IMG/VR virus record: IMGVR_UViG_3300020045_002291
Location: 1 to 41,304 of that record
DNA from: a virus
Lineage: Duplodnaviria > Caudoviricetes
DNA: 41,304 nucleotides
Reading direction: 5' to 3' (one strand)
Below the pieces are notes generated by a model. The model was not told the origin of the DNA and searched no databases. It saw only the letters and a list, made by a program, of their open reading frames with translations. How positions within the stretch are numbered: the stretch's first letter is position 1; each line of letters starts with the position of its first letter. Made by a program: the position numbers and the translations under genes. Shown piece by piece: positions 33,566 through 41,304 of this stretch.

Positions 33566-34218
33566 ACCCAGCACGCAGCCGTAAAATTGGCCGTGACAAG
33601 CTGGCAAAACTGACCGGCGATGACCACGAGACAATCAAGTTTCTTGAGGGTACGCAGCAGGATGCGGCAGGGGCGGTTGACGAGGCTAATGCAGCGTCAA
33701 TTGCAGCAGCGGCAGCCCAAGCGGCAGCGGAGCAAGCAGCAGACGACGCGGCGGCAGCGGCAGCGGCAGCAGCAGCAGCCCAAGTTACTGCCAACGGAGC
33801 CTTGGCGAGTGCCGGGGCCGCACAGACAACCGCAAACACAGCATTAGCAAATGCTGCAACGGCGCAATCGGCTGCAAATGCTGCCCAAACAACTGCCAAC
33901 GCTGCACAGACACTGGCTAATACCATCAATGCCGACTACATCAGCAAGACAGCAGTGCCACCACAATCAGTCGCAAGTACGCTTCAAGCCGCATCCTACC
34001 TCGTTGGAGGCTTGCAGGTTGTCGGCCCGCGCATTACTGGCTGGACTGCCGCAACTGGCACGCCCTATTACGGGGCATTCAACGGCAATACCACGTATGC
34101 AGCTGGTGCCGTATATTTACAAGCCGAAGCCGCAGCAGTTGCGGCGGCGCTGACAGAGACACGGCAGCGACTCGTGGCAGTAGAAAAGGCACTAAGGGAC
34201 CATGGACTTATCAATTGA
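33562..34218 (+). CDS. Tail needle (gp26-like)
   Basis: Ala/Thr/Asn-rich heptads, C-terminal QVVG.R.TGWTA.TG and AL..AL..HGLI. Confidence 0.8.
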   Translation: MNPARSRKIGRDKLAKLTGDDHETIKFLEGTQQDAAGAVDEANAASIAAAAAQAAAEQAADDAAAAAAAAAAAQVTANGALASAGAAQTTANTALANAATAQSAANAAQTTANAAQTLANTINADYISKTAVPPQSVASTLQAASYLVGGLQVVGPRITGWTAATGTPYYGAFNGNTTYAAGAVYLQAEAAAVAAALTETRQRLVAVEKALRDHGLIN

Positions 34219-34657
34219 AGAAACCTATGATGCTGGGCTTATCAATAGCTTTTGCCATGACGAATTCATTTATAATGGAATCAAACGTGATGGCGTGGAA
34301 ATAGGATTTAGGGCGCATCCAGACATACATTATTTACTGTGCCGAGTTGATGGTGAGCCAGTAGGGTTTTTCATCGCTGCGGCATGTTCCGATATTGACT
34401 GGGAAATGCACGCTTGCTTGACCAAATCGACCACGATACACAGCCGAAAACTGGCGCAAATGGCGATAGATTGGGTTTGGGCGCATGGGCCAATTCGTAT
34501 CACAGTTCCGGTGGTCAATCGCTCTACCGTGAATTTCTGTAAGCGCCTGGGTTTTGAGATTGAGGGCATCCGGCGCAGCGGCGCGTCAATTGACGGTGTG
34601 CTGCATGACGTAACATTTTTAGGGCTACTCAAATGGGATTTATTTCAAAATTTGTAG
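34202..34657 (+). CDS. GNAT-fold protein (P22 gp14 position)
   Basis: EMH.C, NFCKRLGF..EG..R......G...D...LG. Confidence 0.75.
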   Translation: MDLSIEETYDAGLINSFCHDEFIYNGIKRDGVEIGFRAHPDIHYLLCRVDGEPVGFFIAAACSDIDWEMHACLTKSTTIHSRKLAQMAIDWVWAHGPIRITVPVVNRSTVNFCKRLGFEIEGIRRSGASIDGVLHDVTFLGLLKWDLFQNL

Positions 34658-35271
34658 GTGACATTACAGGCACCAACAAGGCCGCAGAGGGTCAGGTCCA
34701 GGCATCGCAAACGCAGGCCGCAAGCGCGCAAGCAGGTATTGACGCGCAAAAGGAAATGTTCGCGGCATTGCAGCAAGCGTTGTCGCCGTACACCCAGGCC
34801 GGCACAGGCGCACTTGGAGCTTATCAAAACCTTTCAGGGCTTGGTGGGCAGGCAGCACAGCAGGCGGCAATTGAGGGCATCCAAAACGGAGCACAGTTCC
34901 AAGCCCTGAATCAGCAAGGACAGAATGCCATTCTGCAAAATGCATCTGCTACTGGCGGACTCCGTGGCGGCAATACGCAGGATGCACTGGCGCAGTTCTC
35001 GCCTCAGTTGTTGCAAAGTTTGATTCAGCAATCGCTAGGCAATTACGGCAACATTGCATCGCTCGGCCAGTCGTCGGCGGCTGGGGTTGGTAATGCTGGC
35101 ATGCAGTCTGCGAACTCAATCTCAAGCCTACTACAGCAACAAGGGGCCGCTACGGCAGGAGGCCAAATTGCAGCGGGTAACACTGGCCTTAACAGCTTTG
35201 GCACACTTGCTGGACTCGGTGGCCTGTTTGCAGGTGCTGGCGGCGTGACCGGCATCAAGAAACTTTTCTAG
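34633..35271 (+). CDS. DNA ejection protein (P22 gp7-like)
   Basis: L.PY..AG..AL, ASATGGLRGGN.Q.ALA; Gly/Ala/Gln-rich. Confidence 0.85.
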   Translation: MGFISKFVGDITGTNKAAEGQVQASQTQAASAQAGIDAQKEMFAALQQALSPYTQAGTGALGAYQNLSGLGGQAAQQAAIEGIQNGAQFQALNQQGQNAILQNASATGGLRGGNTQDALAQFSPQLLQSLIQQSLGNYGNIASLGQSSAAGVGNAGMQSANSISSLLQQQGAATAGGQIAAGNTGLNSFGTLAGLGGLFAGAGGVTGIKKLF

Positions 35272-35278
35272 GGCGATT

Positions 35279-36595
35279 ATGGATCCGATAAACTATCTTG
35301 CCGCGCAGCCGCAACAAAGCATTTTACAAAGTGTAGGTCAAGGCTTGCAGATCGGTCAGGGATTCCAGCAGTTGCAACAGCAACGGGCTGAAATGGAAAA
35401 AGCACAACTTGCCGCGCAGCGAATGGCAGAGTTTCGTTCGGAGGTGGCCCCGGCATTACAGGCGGGCGATCCAGCCGCGCTTGTTCAACTGTTCGGGAAA
35501 TATCCAGAATTCGGAGACCAGATTAAACAGGCCTCTAGCTTCCTTAATGACGCCGACGAGAACAACAAGAAAACCACGTCTGCAACCGTGTACAACGGTC
35601 TGCAATCGGGTAATGTCGATATAGCTAAACGTGCTCTGGAAACCCGCGTCAATTACCTGAACAAGATCGGTGGCGATGCTGGTGAATGGAAAGCGGCGCT
35701 TGATTCGCTGAACAGTGGCGATCCTGAAAAAGTTAAACAGGTGCAGCAACAGGCAACGTTGATGCACGCGCTTTATAACCCGACCGCCGTAAAAGCAATT
35801 GGCGAAATTCGCACGGATGAACGGGCGCAGCAAATGCAACCTGCCAAGCTGCGCGAAGCAATTGCAGGCGCAGGCAAGGCCGAAGCAGAAGCTGTTACGG
35901 CTGGTGTTAAAGCCAAGTACGCCGACAGTCAAGCCACGATGGAGCTTGAGAAAGCCGGCTGGGACATCAAGAAATTGCAATCCGATATCGTTTCGCAAAA
36001 AGAGGCCAACCGTATCGCTGCGATGAATGCCGCCTATAACCGCGAGGGCAACGATTTGAAACGCCAAGAACTGCGCGCCAAGCTGGACGATGCGCAGCGT
36101 GAGCGTGACGATAAGATCCGTGGAAAGGTGGCTGATGTCGAATCCGGCGCGGGCAACATCGACAACATGCTGAATACCATCAAGCGCATCGAGAAAAATC
36201 CTTCGCTCAATTCTGTTCTTGGTTCTCTTGAGGGTAAAGATTACTACCCTAATACACTGCTTGGTACAGTCAATCCTTTTGGGGATGGCGATCAACGCGC
36301 AGATGCGATTAAGCTTATCGACACGCTTGGTTCACAAGCTTTCCTATCCCAAATCCCTAACATTAAGGGTATGGGCGCACTGTCGAATGCTGAGGGCGAG
36401 AAGTTGCAAGCAGCCTTCCAAAACCTGTCCCGTGCGCAGTCCGAAAAGCAGTTCAAGGAAACGCTCAATGAGGCCACGCGCCTACTCAACAAGGGCCGCA
36501 AAACGCTTGAGAAGCGCTATGGAATCCCGCTGGGGAATCCTGACACGCCAGCAGCCGCCGAAAAGCGCCCGCCACTCTCTAGCTTCGGGGGCTGA
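35279..36595 (+). CDS. DNA ejection protein (gp20-like)
   Basis: Position; Gln-rich helical N-terminus; SQ.FL......KGMGALSNAEG.KL motif. Confidence 0.75.
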   Translation: MDPINYLAAQPQQSILQSVGQGLQIGQGFQQLQQQRAEMEKAQLAAQRMAEFRSEVAPALQAGDPAALVQLFGKYPEFGDQIKQASSFLNDADENNKKTTSATVYNGLQSGNVDIAKRALETRVNYLNKIGGDAGEWKAALDSLNSGDPEKVKQVQQQATLMHALYNPTAVKAIGEIRTDERAQQMQPAKLREAIAGAGKAEAEAVTAGVKAKYADSQATMELEKAGWDIKKLQSDIVSQKEANRIAAMNAAYNREGNDLKRQELRAKLDDAQRERDDKIRGKVADVESGAGNIDNMLNTIKRIEKNPSLNSVLGSLEGKDYYPNTLLGTVNPFGDGDQRADAIKLIDTLGSQAFLSQIPNIKGMGALSNAEGEKLQAAFQNLSRAQSEKQFKETLNEATRLLNKGRKTLEKRYGIPLGNPDTPAAAEKRPPLSSFGG

Positions 36596-36597
36596 TT

Positions 36598-38643
36598 ATG
36601 GCCTTTGACGTGAAAGGCGCACGCGCAGCAGGCTACAGCGAAAACGAGATTGCCGACTTCTTGGCAAAGGATCGCAACTTTGATGTGGCGGCAGCGCGCA
36701 AGTCTGGATACTCGGACAACGAGATTATCAACCATCTGCAATCTGCGCCTGTTGCCGCTCCAAAGGCCGCTGCCGCACCTGTGCCTGTTGGCGGTGGCGT
36801 ACCATCTGACTACCGCACGCCGGAACAAGCGCAAGCGCAGCAGGCCGAGGCATTGGCAGCACGCCAAGCACGCGAGTCCGAACGCACGTTGGGTGAAAAG
36901 CTTGCCGGCGCTGGCGAGACTGCATTGACGCTTGGCACTGGCGCGACTGGTGGTGCTCTCGGTATGTTGGGCGGTATGGCAGGCGGCATTATCAACAACC
37001 TGACAGGCGGAAAATATGGCATTGCTGGCGGCTTTGAAAAGGGTGCGCAAGTAGGATCCGAATCGTTGACCTACATGCCGCGCACTGAGGCTGGGCAGGA
37101 ATACGCCGGTGCAGTTGGCGATGTGTTAGCGCAAACGCTGCCAGCCATGCCGCTGACCGCTGAAATGTCGGCCTTGGGCCGTGCTGCTGGCAACGCTGGC
37201 CGTGCTGCCGTACCAGTAGCCCGCGCTGCTGCCGCGCCTGCTGTTGACGCCGCTACCGCTGGTGTCCAGCGCATCCGCGCCGCCGCTCCTGCTATTGCTG
37301 ACCGCGTTGAGCGCACGCTTCGCCGCAATCCTGACCGCCCTACAGACGCCGCTGGCGGTAGTGCTGGTGCGCAGGGAGCAAGCCGCACAGAAGCGCGTCA
37401 AGTGACCGCAGAAGGCTTGCCTGTACCAATCAAGTTGACCGAGGGCCAAGCTACCCGCGATCCGCAGCAACTTCGCTTTGAGGTGGAGACTGCCAAAGGC
37501 GACAAGGGCGCGGCACTTCGCCAGCGCGCCGCCGAACAGAACGAACAGTTCCAAAAGAACTTTGATGCTTTTGTTGACCAGACCGAAGCGCAAGCCATCG
37601 ATATGGTGCAAGTAGGCCGCAATGTTGAGGATGCGTTGATGGCCGAGGTAAAGCGTGACAAAGCAGCAATCAAAGTTGCATATAAAAATGCGGAAAAGGC
37701 CGGTGAGCTTGAGGCTCCTGTAACTTTGCCCGGCGTAGTTTCGCACCTTAATGAAAGTGCGCCAGATGCGGCGACCGCGCCCCTTCTTAACGTGGCGCGG
37801 TCGCGTGCAATACAACTCGGCATAGCCGCTGATGATGGCACTGGCAATTTGATCCCATTGGAAACAACACTTAAAAATGCAGAGCGTTATCGCCAAGCAT
37901 TGGGACAGGCCACAAATTATGACGCCCCAAATATTCGGCAAGCAGCCATTTTGAAGGGTGAAATCGACGCGGGAACGGAGAGTGCAGCTGGTGCGCTTTA
38001 TAGGTCGGCAAGGCGGCTGCGCGAGAATTTCGGCGAAAAGTACGAAAAACGAGCCATCGTTTCACAATTAGTAAATAAAAAGCGCGGAAGTTCAGATAGG
38101 CAAGTTGCGCTTGAAGATGTTTTCAAGGAATCGATCCTAAATGGATCGCGTGAAGACTTAAGCTATTTGCGTAGCGCGCTTACAAAGACAAAGAATGAGC
38201 AAGGTCAGCAAGCTTGGAAAGATCTGCAAGGCGCAACTGTTAATTGGTTGAAAGATGAGGCAACAAAGAATTCTGCTACCGATCAAGCAGGAAATCGGAT
38301 AGTTTCCGCTGCCGGTCTTGACAGAGCGATAAAGCGTTTGGACCAAGGAAATCGCTTAGATTTTGTACTTGGAAAGCAGCATGCGCAAACCATGCGCGAC
38401 ATGAACGACCTTGCAAAAGTCTTGTTCACTGCACCGCCAGGAGTCGTCAACACGTCCAACACGGCAAGCGTAGTTCTGGCCGCTCTGACCGAGGCTGGAA
38501 TCACAGGATCAGTTACGGGTCTTCCTGTTCCGGTCCTGTCGGCCCTGCGTCTTGCTAACCAGCAGATTAAAGACCGCAAGCTGCGCGCACGCATTAACCG
38601 CGCTTTGAACCCGCCTTCGCGCACTAACCGCCCAGCACCATAA
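36598..38643 (+). CDS. DNA ejection protein (gp16-like)
   Basis: Position; Ala/Gly-rich; LT.GQ.TRD; N-terminal tandem AR..GYS..EI repeats. Confidence 0.7.
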   Translation: MAFDVKGARAAGYSENEIADFLAKDRNFDVAAARKSGYSDNEIINHLQSAPVAAPKAAAAPVPVGGGVPSDYRTPEQAQAQQAEALAARQARESERTLGEKLAGAGETALTLGTGATGGALGMLGGMAGGIINNLTGGKYGIAGGFEKGAQVGSESLTYMPRTEAGQEYAGAVGDVLAQTLPAMPLTAEMSALGRAAGNAGRAAVPVARAAAAPAVDAATAGVQRIRAAAPAIADRVERTLRRNPDRPTDAAGGSAGAQGASRTEARQVTAEGLPVPIKLTEGQATRDPQQLRFEVETAKGDKGAALRQRAAEQNEQFQKNFDAFVDQTEAQAIDMVQVGRNVEDALMAEVKRDKAAIKVAYKNAEKAGELEAPVTLPGVVSHLNESAPDAATAPLLNVARSRAIQLGIAADDGTGNLIPLETTLKNAERYRQALGQATNYDAPNIRQAAILKGEIDAGTESAAGALYRSARRLRENFGEKYEKRAIVSQLVNKKRGSSDRQVALEDVFKESILNGSREDLSYLRSALTKTKNEQGQQAWKDLQGATVNWLKDEATKNSATDQAGNRIVSAAGLDRAIKRLDQGNRLDFVLGKQHAQTMRDMNDLAKVLFTAPPGVVNTSNTASVVLAALTEAGITGSVTGLPVPVLSALRLANQQIKDRKLRARINRALNPPSRTNRPAP

Positions 38644-38655
38644 CAAGGAACAAAA

Positions 38656-40635
38656 ATGACGATCCAAATTCAACCGCCATTTCAGAACTTCACCGGCCTT
38701 GATGGCAAGCCGCTGACTAATGGCAAGGTTTATATCGGGCAAATCGGCACGGATCCAACTGTTCTTGCAAACCAAATCCCAGTTTTTTGGGACGAGGAAA
38801 TGACGATTCCGGCTGTGCAGCCGCTTGCCACGAATGCCGGGTACATCGTTCGCCTTGGCACGCCAAGCCAAGCATTTACCGATGTTGATTACTCGATTAC
38901 CGTCCTGAATGCGTCTAATGTCCTCGTCTATTACAAAGACAAGGCTGGCGCAGCTGATTTCGTATCTGCTGCCGTTCTGGCTGAGCCTGATGGTGCTAGC
39001 TTGGTTGGATTCGCGCAAGACTACATTGGCGCGGAAGCAAGAACTGCACTTGATAAGTTGAGGGAGAATGTTAGCGCAGCCGATTTTGGCGCTATCAATG
39101 ACGGTGTTCAATCGCCTGAGCGTGGCGCGGCTAATCGAATTGCAATTCAAGAGGCAATCGACGCTATGAGTTTGCGCGGCGGTGGCGTTGTGAATATTGG
39201 TGGTGGAGGCATCTACTACGTTGACGTGACAACCTATTTCAAGGAAAACGGTTCCATCGACGGGATTTGCACCTTTGTGATGAAGGACAATGTTTCCGTA
39301 GTGATTGAGCATGGCACTACCATCAAATTGATGGACTTTCAATATGGCCTTGGCGCGTACTACCGCATGTTTTCCAGCAAGGACGAGAACATGTTACAGA
39401 ACGCCCGCATTTCTGGCGGCGGTACGGTAGATGGCAACGTGGCCAACCAGAACCCCAGTGGCAACGGTGCAGACGTGGCGGCCCAGTGCTCCAATATCCA
39501 GCTTGAGTGCCGCAAAAATGTTGTTGTGGAAGACATCAACAGCATCAATGCCAACGGTATCGGCATCATGCTGCGTGGTCGGCGCGCAAATGAGTTCGGG
39601 CAGACTGCGCAACTTGCCGAGAAGCTTTGGGTGCTGGATTGCAACGTCGATAACTGCAAAAACATCGGCATCCAGTGCACCAGTTTTACCGGGCTGGTCA
39701 TCGCCGACAACAACGTTACCGACTGCGTGAACAACGCGATTGACGTGTACGGCAATGATGGAACGACCACGACGTTCAGCTACAATTTCACCATCACTGG
39801 CAATGTCGTCAATAGCTGCCTGACCGGCATTTTCCTGGAAACTGTCCGGCTTGGTACTGTCGATTCCAACACGATCACGCTTGCGGATTACGGGATCATC
39901 GTCAACCGGATCAATGGCGAACCTCGCGGCTTGGTCGTGTCGAACAACACCACGCTGTCATGCCCAATCGCTATGCGCATCACCGGGGATACTCGCGGCG
40001 TCAGCATCTTGGGAAACACGTTCGACCAGTTCAGCACGGCCGGGATCAATTGCGGCGATGGCGGCAGTTCGTCGTACATCGTCATCAAGGGAAACACTTT
40101 TGTCCCGGTTGCCAACGACACGGCAATCATCAACATCATGGGCTCAACGGCATCGTTCATTACGGGCCGCTCCAACACAATCATTGTTGCCGATGCGGAT
40201 GAAGCTTTCTTTGTCACCGCGCTGGTTACCACAGTTCAAACGAACGTCAGTATCGGCGGGTTTGAGGTACTTCCTTTCCAAGTTGGCCCGGATGGTTATG
40301 CAGAGTTTTTTGAGTCTCCTATCATCCGTTTGGGCAAGCCTTCGCAGCGTTTAACTAATGTCACTGGTCCTGGTCTCATTGATATCCCGGATGACTTTAG
40401 CGGCGAGGTATTGATCAACGGATATCAGCCGGGCATTGGCAGGGCAACACGCCGGGTCCGGTTTATGAAACGCGCCGGAACGTTGATTCTTGGTACGCAA
40501 GTTGATGACCCGGTTTTTACAGCCACTCCATTCACAACGGCGACGATAGTTTCGGGAAACCTGCAAGTCAATTTTGTCGCAGGAGCGCAAAACTATGCTT
40601 CCTGGGGCATCATTGGCACCAAGATTATCGCGTAG
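38656..40635 (+). CDS. Tailspike: P22-type head-binding domain plus pectin-lyase-like beta-helix
   Basis: P...F...DGKPL.NGKVYIG...TDP....NQI.V...QP..T.AG; VS..DFGA..DG; repeated I.GN/I..N.V beta-helix rungs. Confidence 0.9.
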   Translation: MTIQIQPPFQNFTGLDGKPLTNGKVYIGQIGTDPTVLANQIPVFWDEEMTIPAVQPLATNAGYIVRLGTPSQAFTDVDYSITVLNASNVLVYYKDKAGAADFVSAAVLAEPDGASLVGFAQDYIGAEARTALDKLRENVSAADFGAINDGVQSPERGAANRIAIQEAIDAMSLRGGGVVNIGGGGIYYVDVTTYFKENGSIDGICTFVMKDNVSVVIEHGTTIKLMDFQYGLGAYYRMFSSKDENMLQNARISGGGTVDGNVANQNPSGNGADVAAQCSNIQLECRKNVVVEDINSINANGIGIMLRGRRANEFGQTAQLAEKLWVLDCNVDNCKNIGIQCTSFTGLVIADNNVTDCVNNAIDVYGNDGTTTTFSYNFTITGNVVNSCLTGIFLETVRLGTVDSNTITLADYGIIVNRINGEPRGLVVSNNTTLSCPIAMRITGDTRGVSILGNTFDQFSTAGINCGDGGSSSYIVIKGNTFVPVANDTAIINIMGSTASFITGRSNTIIVADADEAFFVTALVTTVQTNVSIGGFEVLPFQVGPDGYAEFFESPIIRLGKPSQRLTNVTGPGLIDIPDDFSGEVLINGYQPGIGRATRRVRFMKRAGTLILGTQVDDPVFTATPFTTATIVSGNLQVNFVAGAQNYASWGIIGTKIIA

Positions 40636-40663
40636 CAAGTTTTGAAATCTCGCGTTTGATACC

Positions 40664-40672
40664 TGTTAGAAT
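40664..40672 (+). promoter_or_regulatory. Extended -10 promoter of peptide/membrane/lysis unit
   Basis: TGTTAGAAT, with TTGAAA at 40642-40647. Confidence 0.5.
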
Positions 40673-40701
40673 TTCGCTTTACCAACCTGAAAGGAAATAT
40701 C

Positions 40702-40797
40702 ATGAGCAAGCTTCGCGTAGGCCAAGGCGGCGGCAAACAACGACCAACCGAGAAGCCAAAGCCTACTTCCATCCCTGTCAAAAAGCCGGTGAAATGA
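40702..40797 (+). CDS. 31-aa basic Gly/Pro/Lys-rich peptide
   Basis: MSKLRVGQGGGKQRPTEKPKPTSIPVKKPVK; AAAGGAAA RBS; ATGA-coupled to the next gene. Confidence 0.65.
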   Translation: MSKLRVGQGGGKQRPTEKPKPTSIPVKKPVK

Positions 40798-41189
40798 ATA
40801 CGTGGCGCTCTCGTGCTTCCGTCGCCGCGCTTCTTTTTACGCTCGCGGAAACACACTCAGCAGCAGCATACGACCTTCCAAATTCAGAGGTCGGGATGCT
40901 GATATACCACGGGAGCGCCGCAACGATGGACCTGATTTTAATTTACACGCTGCCAGCCCTTATTGCTGGCAAACTATGCGACGACATGCAGTTACTCTGC
41001 CTGGCCTTTATTGTCGTCAACTTCGTAGGGTTCTTGCTCTACATGGCCTATTCCCCGCCTGTGATTTACAACACGATTTCATGGGGATTGGCATATGTGC
41101 AGTATGCAAGACTATTTATTTTGGACAGCGACCATGTTGATTCTGTGGGCGGTAATCTGGTTCGCCGTTCTCATCACTTGGGCGCGTAG
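40794..41189 (+). CDS. Multi-pass membrane protein (about 4 TM)
   Basis: 131 aa from ATG 40794 with several hydrophobic segments. Confidence 0.7.
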   Translation: MNTWRSRASVAALLFTLAETHSAAAYDLPNSEVGMLIYHGSAATMDLILIYTLPALIAGKLCDDMQLLCLAFIVVNFVGFLLYMAYSPPVIYNTISWGLAYVQYARLFILDSDHVDSVGGNLVRRSHHLGA

Positions 41190-41304
41190 CCTAATCCTGA
41201 AAAGGCGCATCAATGAAAGACGAAACCGTAAGCAACGTGCTGGAAGCAGCCGCGAGCAACCCGAAAGTAGCGGGGGCGGTAGCGGTCTCCCTTAATGCGA
41301 TGGG
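41184..41304. repeat. Terminal direct repeat, copy 2
   Basis: Identical to 1-121. Confidence 0.95.

Noticed and set aside
38656-40635. Diversity-generating retroelement or invertible tail system
   Set aside because: No reverse transcriptase, invertase or template/variable repeat pair seen.

Overview
The window looks like one complete, circularly assembled genome (41,183 bp plus a 121-bp end overlap) of a P22-like podovirus. Its tandem HTH regulator suggests a betaproteobacterial, probably Oxalobacteraceae, host (inference). The late module is intact: terS, terL, portal, scaffold, coat, gp4, gp10, needle, GNAT, three ejection proteins and tailspike, followed by a lysis cassette (holin-like protein, GH108 endolysin, 3-TM holin; no recognisable spanins). 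Early functions are RecT/YqaJ/NinB, NinG, a ParB-like protein, and a replication initiator plus DnaB, driven from two related divergent promoter hubs (about 7.6 kb and 21.7 kb). I see no integrase or classical CI. Most notable observations: (1) a C5-methyltransferase split over two almost fully overlapping reading frames sharing one Shine-Dalgarno; (2) a stand-alone 861-aa fusion of capsid-cement-like, FAD-oxidoreductase and golvesin-like domains; (3) a promoter-driven 31-aa peptide plus multi-TM protein pair directly before the lysis genes; (4) a Tad2/DUF2829 gene bracketed by direct repeats; (5) two ORF-poor clusters of structured RNA, including an atypical tRNA-fMet and tRNA-like elements; (6) two c4/CI-like antisense-attenuator leaders; (7) a TGATAG-N7-CTATCA palindrome at three late promoters. 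All family calls come from motif recognition by eye; no searches were run.
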